Shown: piece by piece, positions 1 through 8,962 of the stretch
Position numbering within the stretch: the stretch's first letter is position 1
Layout: each line of letters opens with the position of its first letter
Source of the DNA: Escherichia phage vB_EcoP_FFK3
Length of the DNA stretch: 39,300 bases
Sequence record: ON548433.1
Strand: one strand, 5' to 3'
Program-made: the position numbers and the translations under genes
Notes under the pieces: generated by a model
The model's database searches: none
What the model was told of the DNA's origin: nothing
What the model saw: the letters and a program-made list of their open reading frames with translations, nothing else

Positions 1-581
1 ATAACGCCACGAAGAACAACCGAGCGATGGACGCTGCCCTGTCCACTGTGATCTCTATGGGTCTTGCTGGTATCTACTACATGGCTCAGGCTCATGTCAA
101 GGCTTACGCTATGCAGGATGGTCGAGACCGTGACTACCTCAAGCAAGCTCTAGACCCGACGATGATTGGATATGCAGCTCTATCACGTAGTTCACACCTT
201 GGTGGACCACTTGGGGTAGCTAACATTCTAGGTGGCATCGCTGGGTATGAGGACACTAAGATGCTCCGCTCGTCTATCCTACCTCGTTCGCCTACAGAGA
301 AGCCTGAACGTGCCATCACGTTTGGTGCAGCTACAAGTGACCCTGTGATGAATGTTGTTGGTAACTTCTTGGAGCAGGTTCCAGCTTTCGGATATGCTGC
401 TAACGTTGGCGTTTCTGCTTACAACTTGGCTGGCTACCTCAAGGCTGATACTCGTGTCAACGAGCGTGACTACATGACCGGGATGTATAATACGTTCCGT
501 GAACTGGTTCCGAACGACCCAATTACCCAGAAGCTGTTGCTTGGAACGTTTGAGGAGCAAGGTATCCACATCAAGGACTAA
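1..581 (+). CDS. gp16: Internal virion protein D (gp16), C-terminal fragment; 5-prime end lies outside the window
   Basis: Frame is open from nt 3 with no upstream stop; sits directly upstream of the tailspike gene as in T7 order 16-17; N-terminal part of gp16 runs off the window end at 39300. Confidence 0.6.
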   Translation, partial: NATKNNRAMDAALSTVISMGLAGIYYMAQAHVKAYAMQDGRDRDYLKQALDPTMIGYAALSRSSHLGGPLGVANILGGIAGYEDTKMLRSSILPRSPTEKPERAITFGAATSDPVMNVVGNFLEQVPAFGYAANVGVSAYNLAGYLKADTRVNERDYMTGMYNTFRELVPNDPITQKLLLGTFEEQGIHIKD

Positions 582-599
582 ACTATCACTATAGGAAAC
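577..599 (+). promoter_or_regulatory. Phage RNAP promoter (class II-like) upstream of tailspike gene
   Basis: ACTAAACTATCACTATAGGAAAC; shares core CTATCACTATAGG with 10 other sites; predicted +1 G at 594. Confidence 0.8.
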
Positions 600-645
600 G
601 GGAGGCGCTACCATAGGTCTCCGTTTAAATAACAAAGGAGGCATA

Positions 646-3600
646 ATGTCCACGATTACACAATTCCCCTCAGGAAACACTCAGTACAGGATTGAGTTCG
701 ACTACCTAGCCAGAACGTTTATTGTTGTTACGCTGGTGAATAGCTCTAACCCTACCCTGAACCGTGTACTGGAAGTTGGTCGGGATTACCGATTCCTTAA
801 TCCAACGATGATTGAGATGTTGGTTGACCAATCAGGTTTCGACATCGTTCGTATTCACCGTCAGACTGGAACTGACTTAGTGGTAGACTTCAGGAATGGC
901 TCAGTGTTGACAGCTAGTGACCTGACCAATTCAGAGCTTCAGGCTATCCATATTGCAGAAGAAGGTCGAGACCAAACGGTTGACTTAGCGAAGGAATATG
1001 CCGATGCTGCTGGTAGCTCTGCTGGCAACGCTAAGGATAGCGAGGACGAAGCACGACGAATCGCTGAGAGTATCAGGGAAGCTGGTCTAATTGGCTATAT
1101 TACCCGTCGCTCCTTCGAGAAAGGCTACAACGTTACAAAATGGAGCGAGGTCCTGCTATGGGAAGAGGATGGTGATTATTACCGCTGGGATGGTACGCTT
1201 CCAAAGAACGTTCCTGCTGGTTCAACTCCTGAAACTTCCGGTGGGATTGGATTAGGTGCGTGGGTTAGTGTTGGTGATGCGGCTTTAAGAAGTCAGATTT
1301 CAAATCCTGAAGGGGCAATACTCTACCCTGAATTACATAGAGCACGCTGGCTTGATGAAAAAGATGTTCGTGGTTGGGGGGCTAAAGGTGATGGTGTCAC
1401 TGATGATACAGCAGCGTTAACGAGCGCATTAAACGACATACCGGTTGGACAAAAGATTAATGGCAATGGGAAGACATATAAGGTCACATCCCTGCCTGAC
1501 ATTAGTCGCTTCATCAACACTCGTTTCGTTTATGAGCGCATTCCCGGACAACCTCTTTATTATGCCTCTGAGGAATTTGTTCAGGGTGAGTTGTTCAAAA
1601 TAACGGACACCCCTTATTACAATGCGTGGCCTCAGGATAAAGCGTTCGTATATGATAATGTGATATATGCACCTTACATGGGTAGCGATCGTCATGGTGT
1701 TAGTCGTCTGCATGTATCATGGGTTAAGTCTGGTGATGATGGTCAAACATGGTCTACTCCAGAGTGGTTAACTGATCTGCATCCAGATTACCCTACAGTG
1801 AACTATCACTGTATGAGTATGGGTGTATGTCGCAACCGTCTGTTTGCCATGATTGAAACACGTACTTTAGCCAAGAACGCATTAACCAATTGTGCATTGT
1901 GGGATCGCCCCATGTCTCGTAGCCTGCATCTTACTGGTGGTATCACTAAAGCTGCAAATCAGCGATATGCAACAATACATGTACCAGACCACGGACTATT
2001 CGTGGGTGATTTTGTTAACTTCTCTAATTCTGCGGTAACAGGTGTATCCGGTGATATGACTGTTGCAACCGTAATAGATAAGGACAACTTCACGGTTCTT
2101 ACACCCAACCAGCAGACTTCAGATTTGAATAACGCTGGAAATAATTGGCACATGGGTACTTCTTTCCATAAGTCTCCATGGCGTAAGACAGACCTTGGTC
2201 TAATCCCTCGTGTCACAGAGGTGCATAGCTTTGCTACTATTGATAACAATGGCTTTGTTATGGGCTATCATCAAGGCGATGTAGCTCCACGCGAAGTTGG
2301 GCTTTTCTATTTCCCTGATGCTTTCAATAGCCCATCTAGTTATGTTCGTCGTCAGATACCATCTGAGTATGAACCAGATGCGTCAGAGCCGTGCATCAAG
2401 TACTATGACGGTGTATTATACCTTATCACTCGTGGCACTCGTGGGGATAGACTAGGTAGCTCTTTGCATCGTAGTAGAGACATAGGTCAGACTTGGGAGT
2501 CACTGAGATTTCCACATAATGTTCATCATACTACATTACCTTTTGCTAAAGTAGGGGATGACCTTATTATGTTTGGTTCAGAACGTGCAGAAAATGAATG
2601 GGAAGCAGGTGCACCAGATGATCGTTACAAGGCATCTTATCCGCGCACCTTCTATGCACGCTTGAATGTAAACAATTGGAATGCAGATGATATTGAATGG
2701 GTTAACATCACTGACCAGATTTATCAGGGCGGAATAGTTAACTCAGGTGTAGGTGTTGGTTCGGTAGTTGTGAAGGATAATTACATCTACTACATGTTTG
2801 GTGGAGAGGACCATTTTAACCCATGGACATACGGAGATAACTCAGCGAAGGACCCATTCAAATCAGACGGTCATCCCTCAGATTTGTATTGCTACAAAAT
2901 GAAGATTGGCCCAAGCAATCATGTTTCCCGTGATTTCAGGTATGGCGCTGTACCTAACAGAGCTGTTCCCGTGTTTTTTGATACGAATGGGATTCGCACT
3001 GTTCCTGCGCCAATGGAATTTACAGGGGATTTGGGTTTAGGGCATGTGACCCTTAGAGCCAGCACCAGTAGTAACATTCGCTCTGAAGTTTTAATGGAAG
3101 GTGAATATGGGTTTATCGGGAAGTCTATACCGACTGATAACCCGGCAGGGCAGCGCACCATATTTTGCGGGGGTGAAGGAACCAGTTCAACGACTGGCGC
3201 ACAGATTACGCTTTATGGTGCAAATAACACCGACTCAAGGCGAATAGTTTACAATGGTGATGAGCATCTGTTCCAGACTGCTGACGTTAAGCCTTATCAC
3301 GATAACGTCATTGCGCTTGGTGGACCAAGTAACCGTTTCACAACTGCATATCTCGGAAGCAACCCTATTGTTACTTCTAATGGGGAGAAGAAAACAGAGC
3401 CGGTAGTTTTTGATGATGCTTTCCTAGATGCCTGGGGTGACGTTCACTACATCATGTATCAATGGTTAGATGCTGTTCAACTGAAAGGCAATGATGCTCG
3501 TATTCACTTCGGGGTTATTGCTCAGCAAATTCGTGATGTATTCATTGCACACGGTCTGATGGATGAAAACAGTACGAATTGTCGTTATGCTGTTCTGTGC

Positions 3601-3840
3601 TATGACAAGTATCCACGGATGACAGATACGGTATTTTCGCACAATGAAATCATTGAACACACTGACGAGGAGGGTAATGTCACTACTACGGAAGAGCCTG
3701 TATTCACTGAGGTGGTTATCCATGAAGAGGGTGAGGAGTGGGGTGTTCGGCCTGACGGAATTTTCTTTGCTGAAGCCGCTTATCAGAGAAGAAAACTGGA
3801 AAGAATCGAAGCCAGACTTTCTGCTCTTGAACAGAAGTAA
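646..3840 (+). CDS. gp17: Endosialidase (endo-N-acetylneuraminidase) tailspike with T7 gp17-like N-terminal adaptor and C-terminal intramolecular chaperone domain
   Basis: 1064 aa; N-terminus resembles T7 gp17 (FDYLARTFIVVTLVN); two Asp-box motifs (SGDDGQTW near nt 1716-1751, SRDIGQTW near nt 2473-2496); C-terminal chaperone-like segment (NDARIHFGVIAQQIRDV); RBS AAAGGAGG. Confidence 0.9.
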   Translation: MSTITQFPSGNTQYRIEFDYLARTFIVVTLVNSSNPTLNRVLEVGRDYRFLNPTMIEMLVDQSGFDIVRIHRQTGTDLVVDFRNGSVLTASDLTNSELQAIHIAEEGRDQTVDLAKEYADAAGSSAGNAKDSEDEARRIAESIREAGLIGYITRRSFEKGYNVTKWSEVLLWEEDGDYYRWDGTLPKNVPAGSTPETSGGIGLGAWVSVGDAALRSQISNPEGAILYPELHRARWLDEKDVRGWGAKGDGVTDDTAALTSALNDIPVGQKINGNGKTYKVTSLPDISRFINTRFVYERIPGQPLYYASEEFVQGELFKITDTPYYNAWPQDKAFVYDNVIYAPYMGSDRHGVSRLHVSWVKSGDDGQTWSTPEWLTDLHPDYPTVNYHCMSMGVCRNRLFAMIETRTLAKNALTNCALWDRPMSRSLHLTGGITKAANQRYATIHVPDHGLFVGDFVNFSNSAVTGVSGDMTVATVIDKDNFTVLTPNQQTSDLNNAGNNWHMGTSFHKSPWRKTDLGLIPRVTEVHSFATIDNNGFVMGYHQGDVAPREVGLFYFPDAFNSPSSYVRRQIPSEYEPDASEPCIKYYDGVLYLITRGTRGDRLGSSLHRSRDIGQTWESLRFPHNVHHTTLPFAKVGDDLIMFGSERAENEWEAGAPDDRYKASYPRTFYARLNVNNWNADDIEWVNITDQIYQGGIVNSGVGVGSVVVKDNYIYYMFGGEDHFNPWTYGDNSAKDPFKSDGHPSDLYCYKMKIGPSNHVSRDFRYGAVPNRAVPVFFDTNGIRTVPAPMEFTGDLGLGHVTLRASTSSNIRSEVLMEGEYGFIGKSIPTDNPAGQRTIFCGGEGTSSTTGAQITLYGANNTDSRRIVYNGDEHLFQTADVKPYHDNVIALGGPSNRFTTAYLGSNPIVTSNGEKKTEPVVFDDAFLDAWGDVHYIMYQWLDAVQLKGNDARIHFGVIAQQIRDVFIAHGLMDENSTNCRYAVLCYDKYPRMTDTVFSHNEIIEHTDEEGNVTTTEEPVFTEVVIHEEGEEWGVRPDGIFFAEAAYQRRKLERIEARLSALEQK

Positions 3841-3973
3841 TAAACAAAACCATTTTGCCATTAAGTTGGTGGGGTAGATGTTAGAAGGTTGTGGAGGTAG
3901 AGGCTAACTACACGCTAAACAACATAGGTAACAACTTTGGGTCACGGACGACCCGCTTTAAACTGGAGGTTTT

Positions 3974-4168
3974 ATGATTGAGTTAGACTTCAAGAATGAG
4001 GTCCTTAAAGCCTCTCCTATCGTCGGGACCGCTGCGGCTGATGGTGCCAGTCGGTTCTTCTTCGGACTTACACTGAACGAATGGTTCTACGTTGCAGCTA
4101 TCGCGTACACCGTTGTACAGATTGGTGTGCTAGTCTACAAAACGATTAAAGGAGGTGGTAAAACATGA
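3974..4168 (+). CDS. gp17.5: Class II holin (T7 gp17.5-like)
   Basis: 64 aa; strong similarity to recalled T7 gp17.5 (FFGLTLNEWFYVAAIAYTVVQIG); one TM segment; RBS GGAGG. Confidence 0.85.
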   Translation: MIELDFKNEVLKASPIVGTAAADGASRFFFGLTLNEWFYVAAIAYTVVQIGVLVYKTIKGGGKT

Positions 4169-4428
4169 CGCAGATGGACTTAGAGAAGTTCCTCTTGATG
4201 CTTGATACTGAGCGTGCTCGACTTATGCTGCAAGACTTGCGGGATGACACTAAGCGTTCACCTCAGCTCTACAACGCCATTGAGAAGCTGCTTGCTCGTC
4301 ACAACTTTGTGTTAAGCAAGGTGTCTGTTGACGAGAAGACGCTCGCTGATATGGAGGCCCTGAACGCAGAGTATGATAAGGTGCTTTCAGCGACTGAGGA
4401 TAATGACACCGGGTATGGTGTTCAATAA
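4165..4428 (+). CDS. gp18: Terminase small subunit (T7 gp18-like)
   Basis: 87 aa; similar to T7 gp18 (SPQLYNAIEKLLARH); start overlaps holin stop (ATGA). Confidence 0.8.
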   Translation: MTQMDLEKFLLMLDTERARLMLQDLRDDTKRSPQLYNAIEKLLARHNFVLSKVSVDEKTLADMEALNAEYDKVLSATEDNDTGYGVQ

Positions 4429-4430
4429 GC

Positions 4431-4478
4431 GTTAGACTCAAGGTCATTACTGTATGTAGTGGCCTTTATGGTTAACAC
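4431..4478 (+). other. Conserved stem-loop element, putative RNase III processing site (R18.5-like)
   Basis: GACTCAAGGTCAT..GTGGCCTTTATGGTTAAC; stem AAGGTCAT (4440-4447) pairs with GTGGCCTT (4459-4466) with two G-U wobbles; outer GTTA/TAAC pairing. Confidence 0.55.
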
Positions 4479-4529
4479 TAACTAGTGGAGGAGACTCTAC
4501 GTGCAATCTGATAAACCGGGAGGGCAACT

Positions 4530-4979
4530 ATGCTCGAATTTTTAAAGAGAGCGGCTCCGTGGTTACTTGCAGCAGTGATGTTTGCTGGTGGCTACCACAC
4601 CGCTAACAATAAGTGGGAGGCTAAGGTCAATGAAGAATACACCTCGAATCTTAAGGCATCGGAAGATACAAGGCTTGCTATCCAAGCTGAAGTCAACAAA
4701 GTGTCCAAACGGTTTCAGGACGAAATGTCCTCGTTGGAAGGCAGCACTGATAGGATTATTGCTGACCTTAAGTCTGACAATAAGCGGCTGCTCATCCGAG
4801 TCAAACCTACGAGTGGAACCACGCAAAGTGACGGTCGATGCTTCATTGATGGTTACGCCGAACTTGACGAACGAGATGCTAAACGTCTTATCGCCATCGG
4901 AGTGAAAGGAGACAAGTGGATTAAGGCCCTTCAAGACACTGTGAGAGCCTTACAGCAAGAGAAGGAGGTGACGCATTGA
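4530..4979 (+). CDS. gp18.5: Rz-like i-spanin (T7 gp18.5-like)
   Basis: 149 aa; N-terminal TM segment followed by a charged, coiled-coil-like periplasmic region; position after gp18; RBS GGGAGGG. Confidence 0.75.
   Translation: MLEFLKRAAPWLLAAVMFAGGYHTANNKWEAKVNEEYTSNLKASEDTRLAIQAEVNKVSKRFQDEMSSLEGSTDRIIADLKSDNKRLLIRVKPTSGTTQSDGRCFIDGYAELDERDAKRLIAIGVKGDKWIKALQDTVRALQQEKEVTH
4630..4905 (+). CDS. Rz1-like o-spanin lipoprotein embedded in the +1 frame of Rz; start codon uncertain
   Basis: +1 frame encodes [18 protein letters not shown] with lipobox Cys codon at 4789-4791 followed by a Pro-rich tail; only upstream ATG is at 4630, giving an implausibly long leader, so the true start is probably a non-ATG codon near 4747-4761. 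Confidence 0.4.
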   Translation: MKNTPRILRHRKIQGLLSKLKSTKCPNGFRTKCPRWKAALIGLLLTLSLTISGCSSESNLRVEPRKVTVDASLMVTPNLTNEMLNVLSPSE

Positions 4980-6739
4980 GTAAAGACTTAGTGGCGCGTC
5001 AGGCGCTAATGACTGCCCGTATGAAGGCAGACTTCGTGTTCTTCCTGTTCGTCCTGTGGAAAGCTCTGTCACTCCCGGTCCCGACTCGCTGTCAGATTGA
5101 CATGGCGAAGAAACTATCGGCTGGCGACAACAGGCGTTTCATCCTACAGGCGTTCCGTGGTATCGGGAAGTCCTTCATTACGTGTGCATTCGTGGTCTGG
5201 AAACTATGGAACAACCCAGACTTGAAGTTCATGATTGTGTCGGCCTCAAAGGAACGAGCCGATGCGAACTCCATCTTCATCAAGCGAATCATCGACCTCA
5301 TGCCTCAGCTTAAGGAACTCAAACCTAAGCAGGGACAGCGAGATGCGGTTATCAGCTTCGACGTTGGACCAGCCAAGCCGGACCACTCACCTTCGGTTAA
5401 GTCCGTTGGTATCACTGGTCAGTTGACTGGTAGTCGTGCTGACATCCTGATTGCCGATGACGTGGAGGTTCCGAACAACTCAGCGACTCAGGCTGCACGA
5501 GACCGTCTGTCAGAGCTTGTGAAAGAGTTCGATGCTATCCTGAAGCCCGGAGGCACAATCATCTATCTGGGTACTCCTCAGAACGAGATGACCCTGTATC
5601 GTGAGTTGGAAGGTCGTGGGTATACCACTACTATCTGGCCTGCTCGTTATCCACGCGACAGGAAGGACTGGCAGTCTTACGGCGACCGTCTGGCTCCTAT
5701 GCTTCAGGCAGAGCTTGAAGAGGACCCTGAGTCCTTCTACTGGCGTCCTACCGACGAGGTACGCTTCGATGATACGGACCTGAAGGAACGTGAGTTGTCA
5801 TATGGCAAGGCTGGCTTCGCTCTACAGTTCATGCTTAACCCTAACCTGAGTGATGCCGAGAAGTACCCTCTGAAGCTCCGTGACCTTATCGTAGCAGACT
5901 TGGACCCAGCGTCTAGCCCAATGGTCTACCAATGGCTTCCTAACCCTCAGAACAAGCGTGAGGACGTTCCTAACGTTGGACTCATAGGTGACTCATACCA
6001 CACGTATCAGACTGTAGGTTCTGCCTTCAGTTCGTACACCCAGAAGATTCTGGTCATTGACCCTAGTGGTCGTGGTAAGGATGAAACGGGTTATGCGGTA
6101 CTGTACCAGCTAAACGGCTACATCTTCGCTATGGAAGTTGGCGGTATGCGAGGTGGCTATGAAGACTCTACGCTGGAAGCCTTGGCTAAGATTGGTCGTA
6201 AGTGGAAGGTAAACGAATACGTCATTGAGGGTAACTTCGGTGATGGTATGTACCTTGAGCTATTCAAGCCTGTAGCTTCCCGTATTCATCCTGCTGCTGT
6301 AACTGAAGTGAAGAGTAAGGGTCAGAAGGAACTCCGCATCTGTGACGTTCTGGAGCCTATCATGGGGTCTCACCGACTTATCGTCAACGCTGCTGCTATC
6401 GTCCAAGATTACCAGTCTGCCTCTGATAAGGATGGTGTTCGTAACCCTATCTACTCTCTCTTCTATCAGATGACACGTATCTCTCGTGAACGTGGAGCAT
6501 TGGCACACGATGACCGACTTGATGCGCTGGCTATCGGTGTACAGTTCTTCGTTGAGTCTATGGCGAAGGATGCCAACAAAGGCGAACGTGAAGTCACTGA
6601 GGAGTGGCTGGAGGAACAGATGGAGAACCCACGGAAAGGCTTCGAGTCCATCCACACGGAGTTCTGGGACAATGGGGTCCGGGTAACTCACGATACGGAC
6701 GACGAGACGGGACTAGGGTCCTACGTTACGTTCCACTAG
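4976..6739 (+). CDS. gp19: Terminase large subunit (T7 gp19-like), probable TTG start
   Basis: 587 aa; similarity to T7 gp19 from the first residues ([30 protein letters not shown]); TTG at 4976 preceded by AGGAGG at 4960-4965; next in-frame ATG would remove conserved N-terminus. Confidence 0.9.
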   Translation: MSKDLVARQALMTARMKADFVFFLFVLWKALSLPVPTRCQIDMAKKLSAGDNRRFILQAFRGIGKSFITCAFVVWKLWNNPDLKFMIVSASKERADANSIFIKRIIDLMPQLKELKPKQGQRDAVISFDVGPAKPDHSPSVKSVGITGQLTGSRADILIADDVEVPNNSATQAARDRLSELVKEFDAILKPGGTIIYLGTPQNEMTLYRELEGRGYTTTIWPARYPRDRKDWQSYGDRLAPMLQAELEEDPESFYWRPTDEVRFDDTDLKERELSYGKAGFALQFMLNPNLSDAEKYPLKLRDLIVADLDPASSPMVYQWLPNPQNKREDVPNVGLIGDSYHTYQTVGSAFSSYTQKILVIDPSGRGKDETGYAVLYQLNGYIFAMEVGGMRGGYEDSTLEALAKIGRKWKVNEYVIEGNFGDGMYLELFKPVASRIHPAAVTEVKSKGQKELRICDVLEPIMGSHRLIVNAAAIVQDYQSASDKDGVRNPIYSLFYQMTRISRERGALAHDDRLDALAIGVQFFVESMAKDANKGEREVTEEWLEEQMENPRKGFESIHTEFWDNGVRVTHDTDDETGLGSYVTFH

Positions 6740-6746
6740 CTGAATG

Positions 6747-6799
6747 AATAACTATAGGCGAAAACTGAATTAATAAGCAGTTAGTAACCTATAGTTACT
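6747..6799 (+). other. Inverted repeat of promoter-like half-sites after terminase gene
   Basis: TAACTATAGG (6749-6758) and its reverse complement CCTATAGTTA (6788-6797) separated by 29 nt. Confidence 0.4.
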
Positions 6800-6833
6800 A
6801 CCAGTCTAACCTACTGTTTTACAAGGAGTTTGG

Positions 6834-6856
6834 ACTTAACTATCACTATAGGGAAG
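6834..6856 (+). promoter_or_regulatory. Phage RNAP promoter (phiOR-like, class III-like GGGA start)
   Basis: ACTTAACTATCACTATAGGGAAG; +1 G at 6851. Confidence 0.8.
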
Positions 6857-7035
6857 ACCCCCGGTTACTTATAGTATTACTGTAGTGAATATACATATGC
6901 AGACTTTATGCAAGACCTTAGGAGGCAGACTCCGAGTTCTTACCTAAGGCTTGCACCGATTGAAGGAGGGTGATATTAATCATAATCCCTCCAATACAGA
7001 TAGTAAAGACCATAGATACAGGAGGTATGTAGCAT

Positions 7036-7194
7036 ATGGCAAAGACCAAAGCTGTACTTAAAGCTCTGGCTACCAATCGAGCTACATACAGGTTTCTTGC
7101 TGCTGTTCTACTTGCTGCTGGCGTTACTGCTGGAAGTCAGTGGGTCGGGTGGGTCGAGACTCTCGTATGTTCTCTGGTGTCTCAGTGCAATTAA
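7036..7194 (+). CDS. gp19.5-like small protein
   Basis: 52-aa ORF with RBS GGAGG 8 nt upstream; downstream of phiOR-like promoter as T7 gene 19.5; hydrophobic core (FLAAVLLAAGV); absent from ORF track because under 60 aa. Confidence 0.45.
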   Translation: MAKTKAVLKALATNRATYRFLAAVLLAAGVTAGSQWVGWVETLVCSLVSQCN

Positions 7195-7444
7195 CGCAAT
7201 CATGGTAACGATTCATGAAAGGAGGTAGGTAGGTGTGAACGAAGATGACTACGTGTCGTTCTCAGAAGAGGACTACCAGACAGAGTGGGAATACGCACAT
7301 GGGAGGAAGAGCTAAGGTCAGTACGTGGATAAAGACTCACTCTACTGACCTTAGCTACTGTAGTCAAGGACTTTAGGTAACACCTTAATAGAAGCTCACT
7401 TAGTGTCATCCTACTTATTGGTCTATCCTAGTGTCGCCTGACCT

Positions 7445-7485
7445 ACGGTCCTTGACCTACAGTGGCTGTGGCCTACAGTAGTGAC
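7445..7485 (+). repeat. Short-repeat array (CCTAC(A/G)GT x3) on the right-end side of the terminal repeat
   Basis: GACCTACGGT, GACCTACAGT, GGCCTACAGT within 40 nt. Confidence 0.6.
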
Positions 7486-7517
7486 GATGAGTTTTGGACC
7501 AAAAGTTTGAGACCACA

Positions 7518-7705
7518 TCTCACAGTTCAAGAACCTCAAGTCTCCCCATAGGCCCTCTTTAAGTCCAGACCAAAGGCCCTACCCAGTCTATCATAAGGCT
7601 GGACCGATGGTCGACGATAGGTCTAGGCTATGGCTGGAGGTCAGGACGATAGGTAGGGACTATTGGTCTGTCTTTGAGTCTCTATCTGTATAGTGTTATA
7701 GTATA
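7518..7705 (+). repeat. Candidate terminal repeat (single copy as in a concatemer junction or circularised assembly); boundaries approximate
   Basis: Begins TCTCACAGT..CCCCATAGG, resembling the recalled first bases of the T7 genome; ends near ..GAGTCTCTATCTGTATAGTG, resembling the end of the T7 terminal repeat; flanked by short-repeat arrays. Confidence 0.45.
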
Positions 7706-7719
7706 ACATTACGTCCTAC

Positions 7720-7815
7720 ACCTACAGTCCTACACCTACAGTCCTACAACCTACAGTCCTACAACCTACAGTCTCAACCATAAGACACCAACACCTACAG
7801 TCAGAGACCTACAGT
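7720..7815 (+). repeat. Short-repeat array (about 6 copies of ACCTACAGT) on the left-end side of the terminal repeat
   Basis: CCTACACCTACAGT x2, CCTACAACCTACAGT x2, then two more CCTACAGT copies; analogous to T7 CCTAAAG repeats. Confidence 0.65.
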
Positions 7816-7926
7816 TACTAGACACAGAGCTATAGACTTAAGGTCAAAGACATGTTAGTCAAAGACTATATCCTCTTACACCATGAGGTCGACGATAGCT
7901 TAATCAATATTATTTCAAATTACCTA

Positions 7927-7962
7927 TTGACTATAGGTCAAGACTATGGCTTAATAGCTTCC
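7927..7962 (+). promoter_or_regulatory. Candidate host sigma70 early promoter (A1-like), weak -10
   Basis: TTGACT at 7927-7932 followed 17-19 nt later by TTAATA/TAATAG. Confidence 0.3.
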
Positions 7963-8067
7963 GTCAACACGACACGGCAACAACCGGATAGTGAAGACGC
8001 CTGGTCATCCCGGTTAAGTAGACAGCCTGATAAGACATACGAACAACAGGCAAACGACAGAAAGTAG

Positions 8068-8103
8068 TTGACAAGATGTAACGATAAGATGTAAGATGTA
8101 CCA
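8068..8103 (+). promoter_or_regulatory. Candidate host sigma70 early promoter (T7 A2/A3-like)
   Basis: TTGACA (8068-8073), 17-18 nt spacer, TAAGAT (8092-8097), then GATGTACCACAT matching the recalled T7 A3 initiation region. Confidence 0.55.
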
Positions 8104-8211
8104 CATCGAAACAACGGTGATGACCAACACTGAAATGGTCTACCTGAAGTCCTCTGACTGAAGGGAATGCTCTTTAACAATCTGGATAAACTCTTAATGT
8201 GCGCCGATAGC

Positions 8212-8268
8212 GATTAACTACAGGGTCTTTGAGTCTACATCTGAAGGCCCTGACTGATAGTCACTAAC
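8212..8268 (+). other. Structured element upstream of the first early gene (R0.3-like hairpin), copy A
   Basis: GATTAACTACAGG..GGCCCTGACTGATAGTCACTAAC; stem CAGGGTC/GGCCCTG; paralogous to copy B with compensatory stem changes. Confidence 0.5.
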
Positions 8269-8275
8269 TTAAAGG

Positions 8276-8530
8276 ATGAACACTATGAAACACTTAAGCA
8301 CAATCACTAATCACAATGAAGTATTCGTGAACACTAAAGGTTATGCGTGGATTCAGCTTAAAGAGATGACAGGAGCGCGTCACCGTGTGGTAGTGCGCAA
8401 GGTCTCAAGCAAGCCGTTCAGCAACTACAGCGTAGATACTGTGCGTATAGACAACGAGACCTACCTGATAGATTCGCAGATAACCGTGAGTCCTACAGCG
8501 GGCGTCTCAGCTCCTTATTTCGCTAACTGA
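8276..8530 (+). CDS. Hypothetical early protein
   Basis: 84-aa ORF, RBS AAAGGA, first gene after the early promoter region; no recognised homolog. Confidence 0.5.
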   Translation: MNTMKHLSTITNHNEVFVNTKGYAWIQLKEMTGARHRVVVRKVSSKPFSNYSVDTVRIDNETYLIDSQITVSPTAGVSAPYFAN

Positions 8531-8534
8531 GAGT

Positions 8535-8585
8535 GATTAACTACAGGTCGTTAGACTTATAGCGGCCTGACTGATAGTCACTAAC
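8535..8585 (+). other. Structured element upstream of ocr (R0.3-like hairpin), copy B
   Basis: GATTAACTACAGG..GGCCTGACTGATAGTCACTAAC; stem CAGGTCG/CGGCCTG. Confidence 0.5.
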
Positions 8586-8617
8586 ATACACACAAACAAC
8601 TTTGAGAGGATATAACT

Positions 8618-8962
8618 ATGGAACGTAACGCTAACGCATACTATGAGCTGCTGGCTGCAACCGTTGAGCTGTTCAATGAGCGTATTCAGTACGACGAAAT
8701 AGCTGAAGGCGATGACTACTATGATGCGCTGCATGAGGTCGTAGACGGTCAGGTTCCGCACTATTACCACGATATTTTTACGGTGATGGCTGCTGATGGT
8801 ATAGACCACGAGTTCGAAGACTCTGGGCTGATGCCTGAGACCAAGGACGTAACGCGTATACTACAAGCTCGCATCTATGAGGCACTGTATAACGATGTGT
8901 ATGATAGCTCGGATGTAGTCTGGTTTGAGGCTGAAGAGAGTGACGAGGAGGACTGCGAGTGA
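8618..8962 (+). CDS. ocr: Ocr-like DNA-mimic anti-restriction protein (T7 gp0.3 homolog)
   Basis: 114 aa, highly acidic; near-identical blocks to recalled T7 Ocr ([43 protein letters not shown]). Confidence 0.85.
   Translation: MERNANAYYELLAATVELFNERIQYDEIAEGDDYYDALHEVVDGQVPHYYHDIFTVMAADGIDHEFEDSGLMPETKDVTRILQARIYEALYNDVYDSSDVVWFEAEESDEEDCE

Noticed and set aside
7235-7315. 26-aa GTG-initiated acidic ORF after the gp19.5-like gene
   Set aside because: Too short and at the genome terminus; there is no support beyond an upstream AGGAGG.
7440-7820. Short repeats considered as a CRISPR array
   Set aside because: Units are only 8-15 bp with no unique spacers of CRISPR size and no cas genes. Their position next to the terminal repeat fits T7-type terminal short repeats.
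7821-7845. Degenerate promoter-like sequence GAGCTATAGACTTAAGG at the phiOL-equivalent position
   Set aside because: It matches only the CTATAG core and lacks the conserved upstream AACTATCA block.
7852-8067. 71-aa ORF in the early promoter region
   Set aside because: No RBS; it overlaps candidate sigma70 promoter elements and AT-rich regulatory sequence, so likely non-coding.
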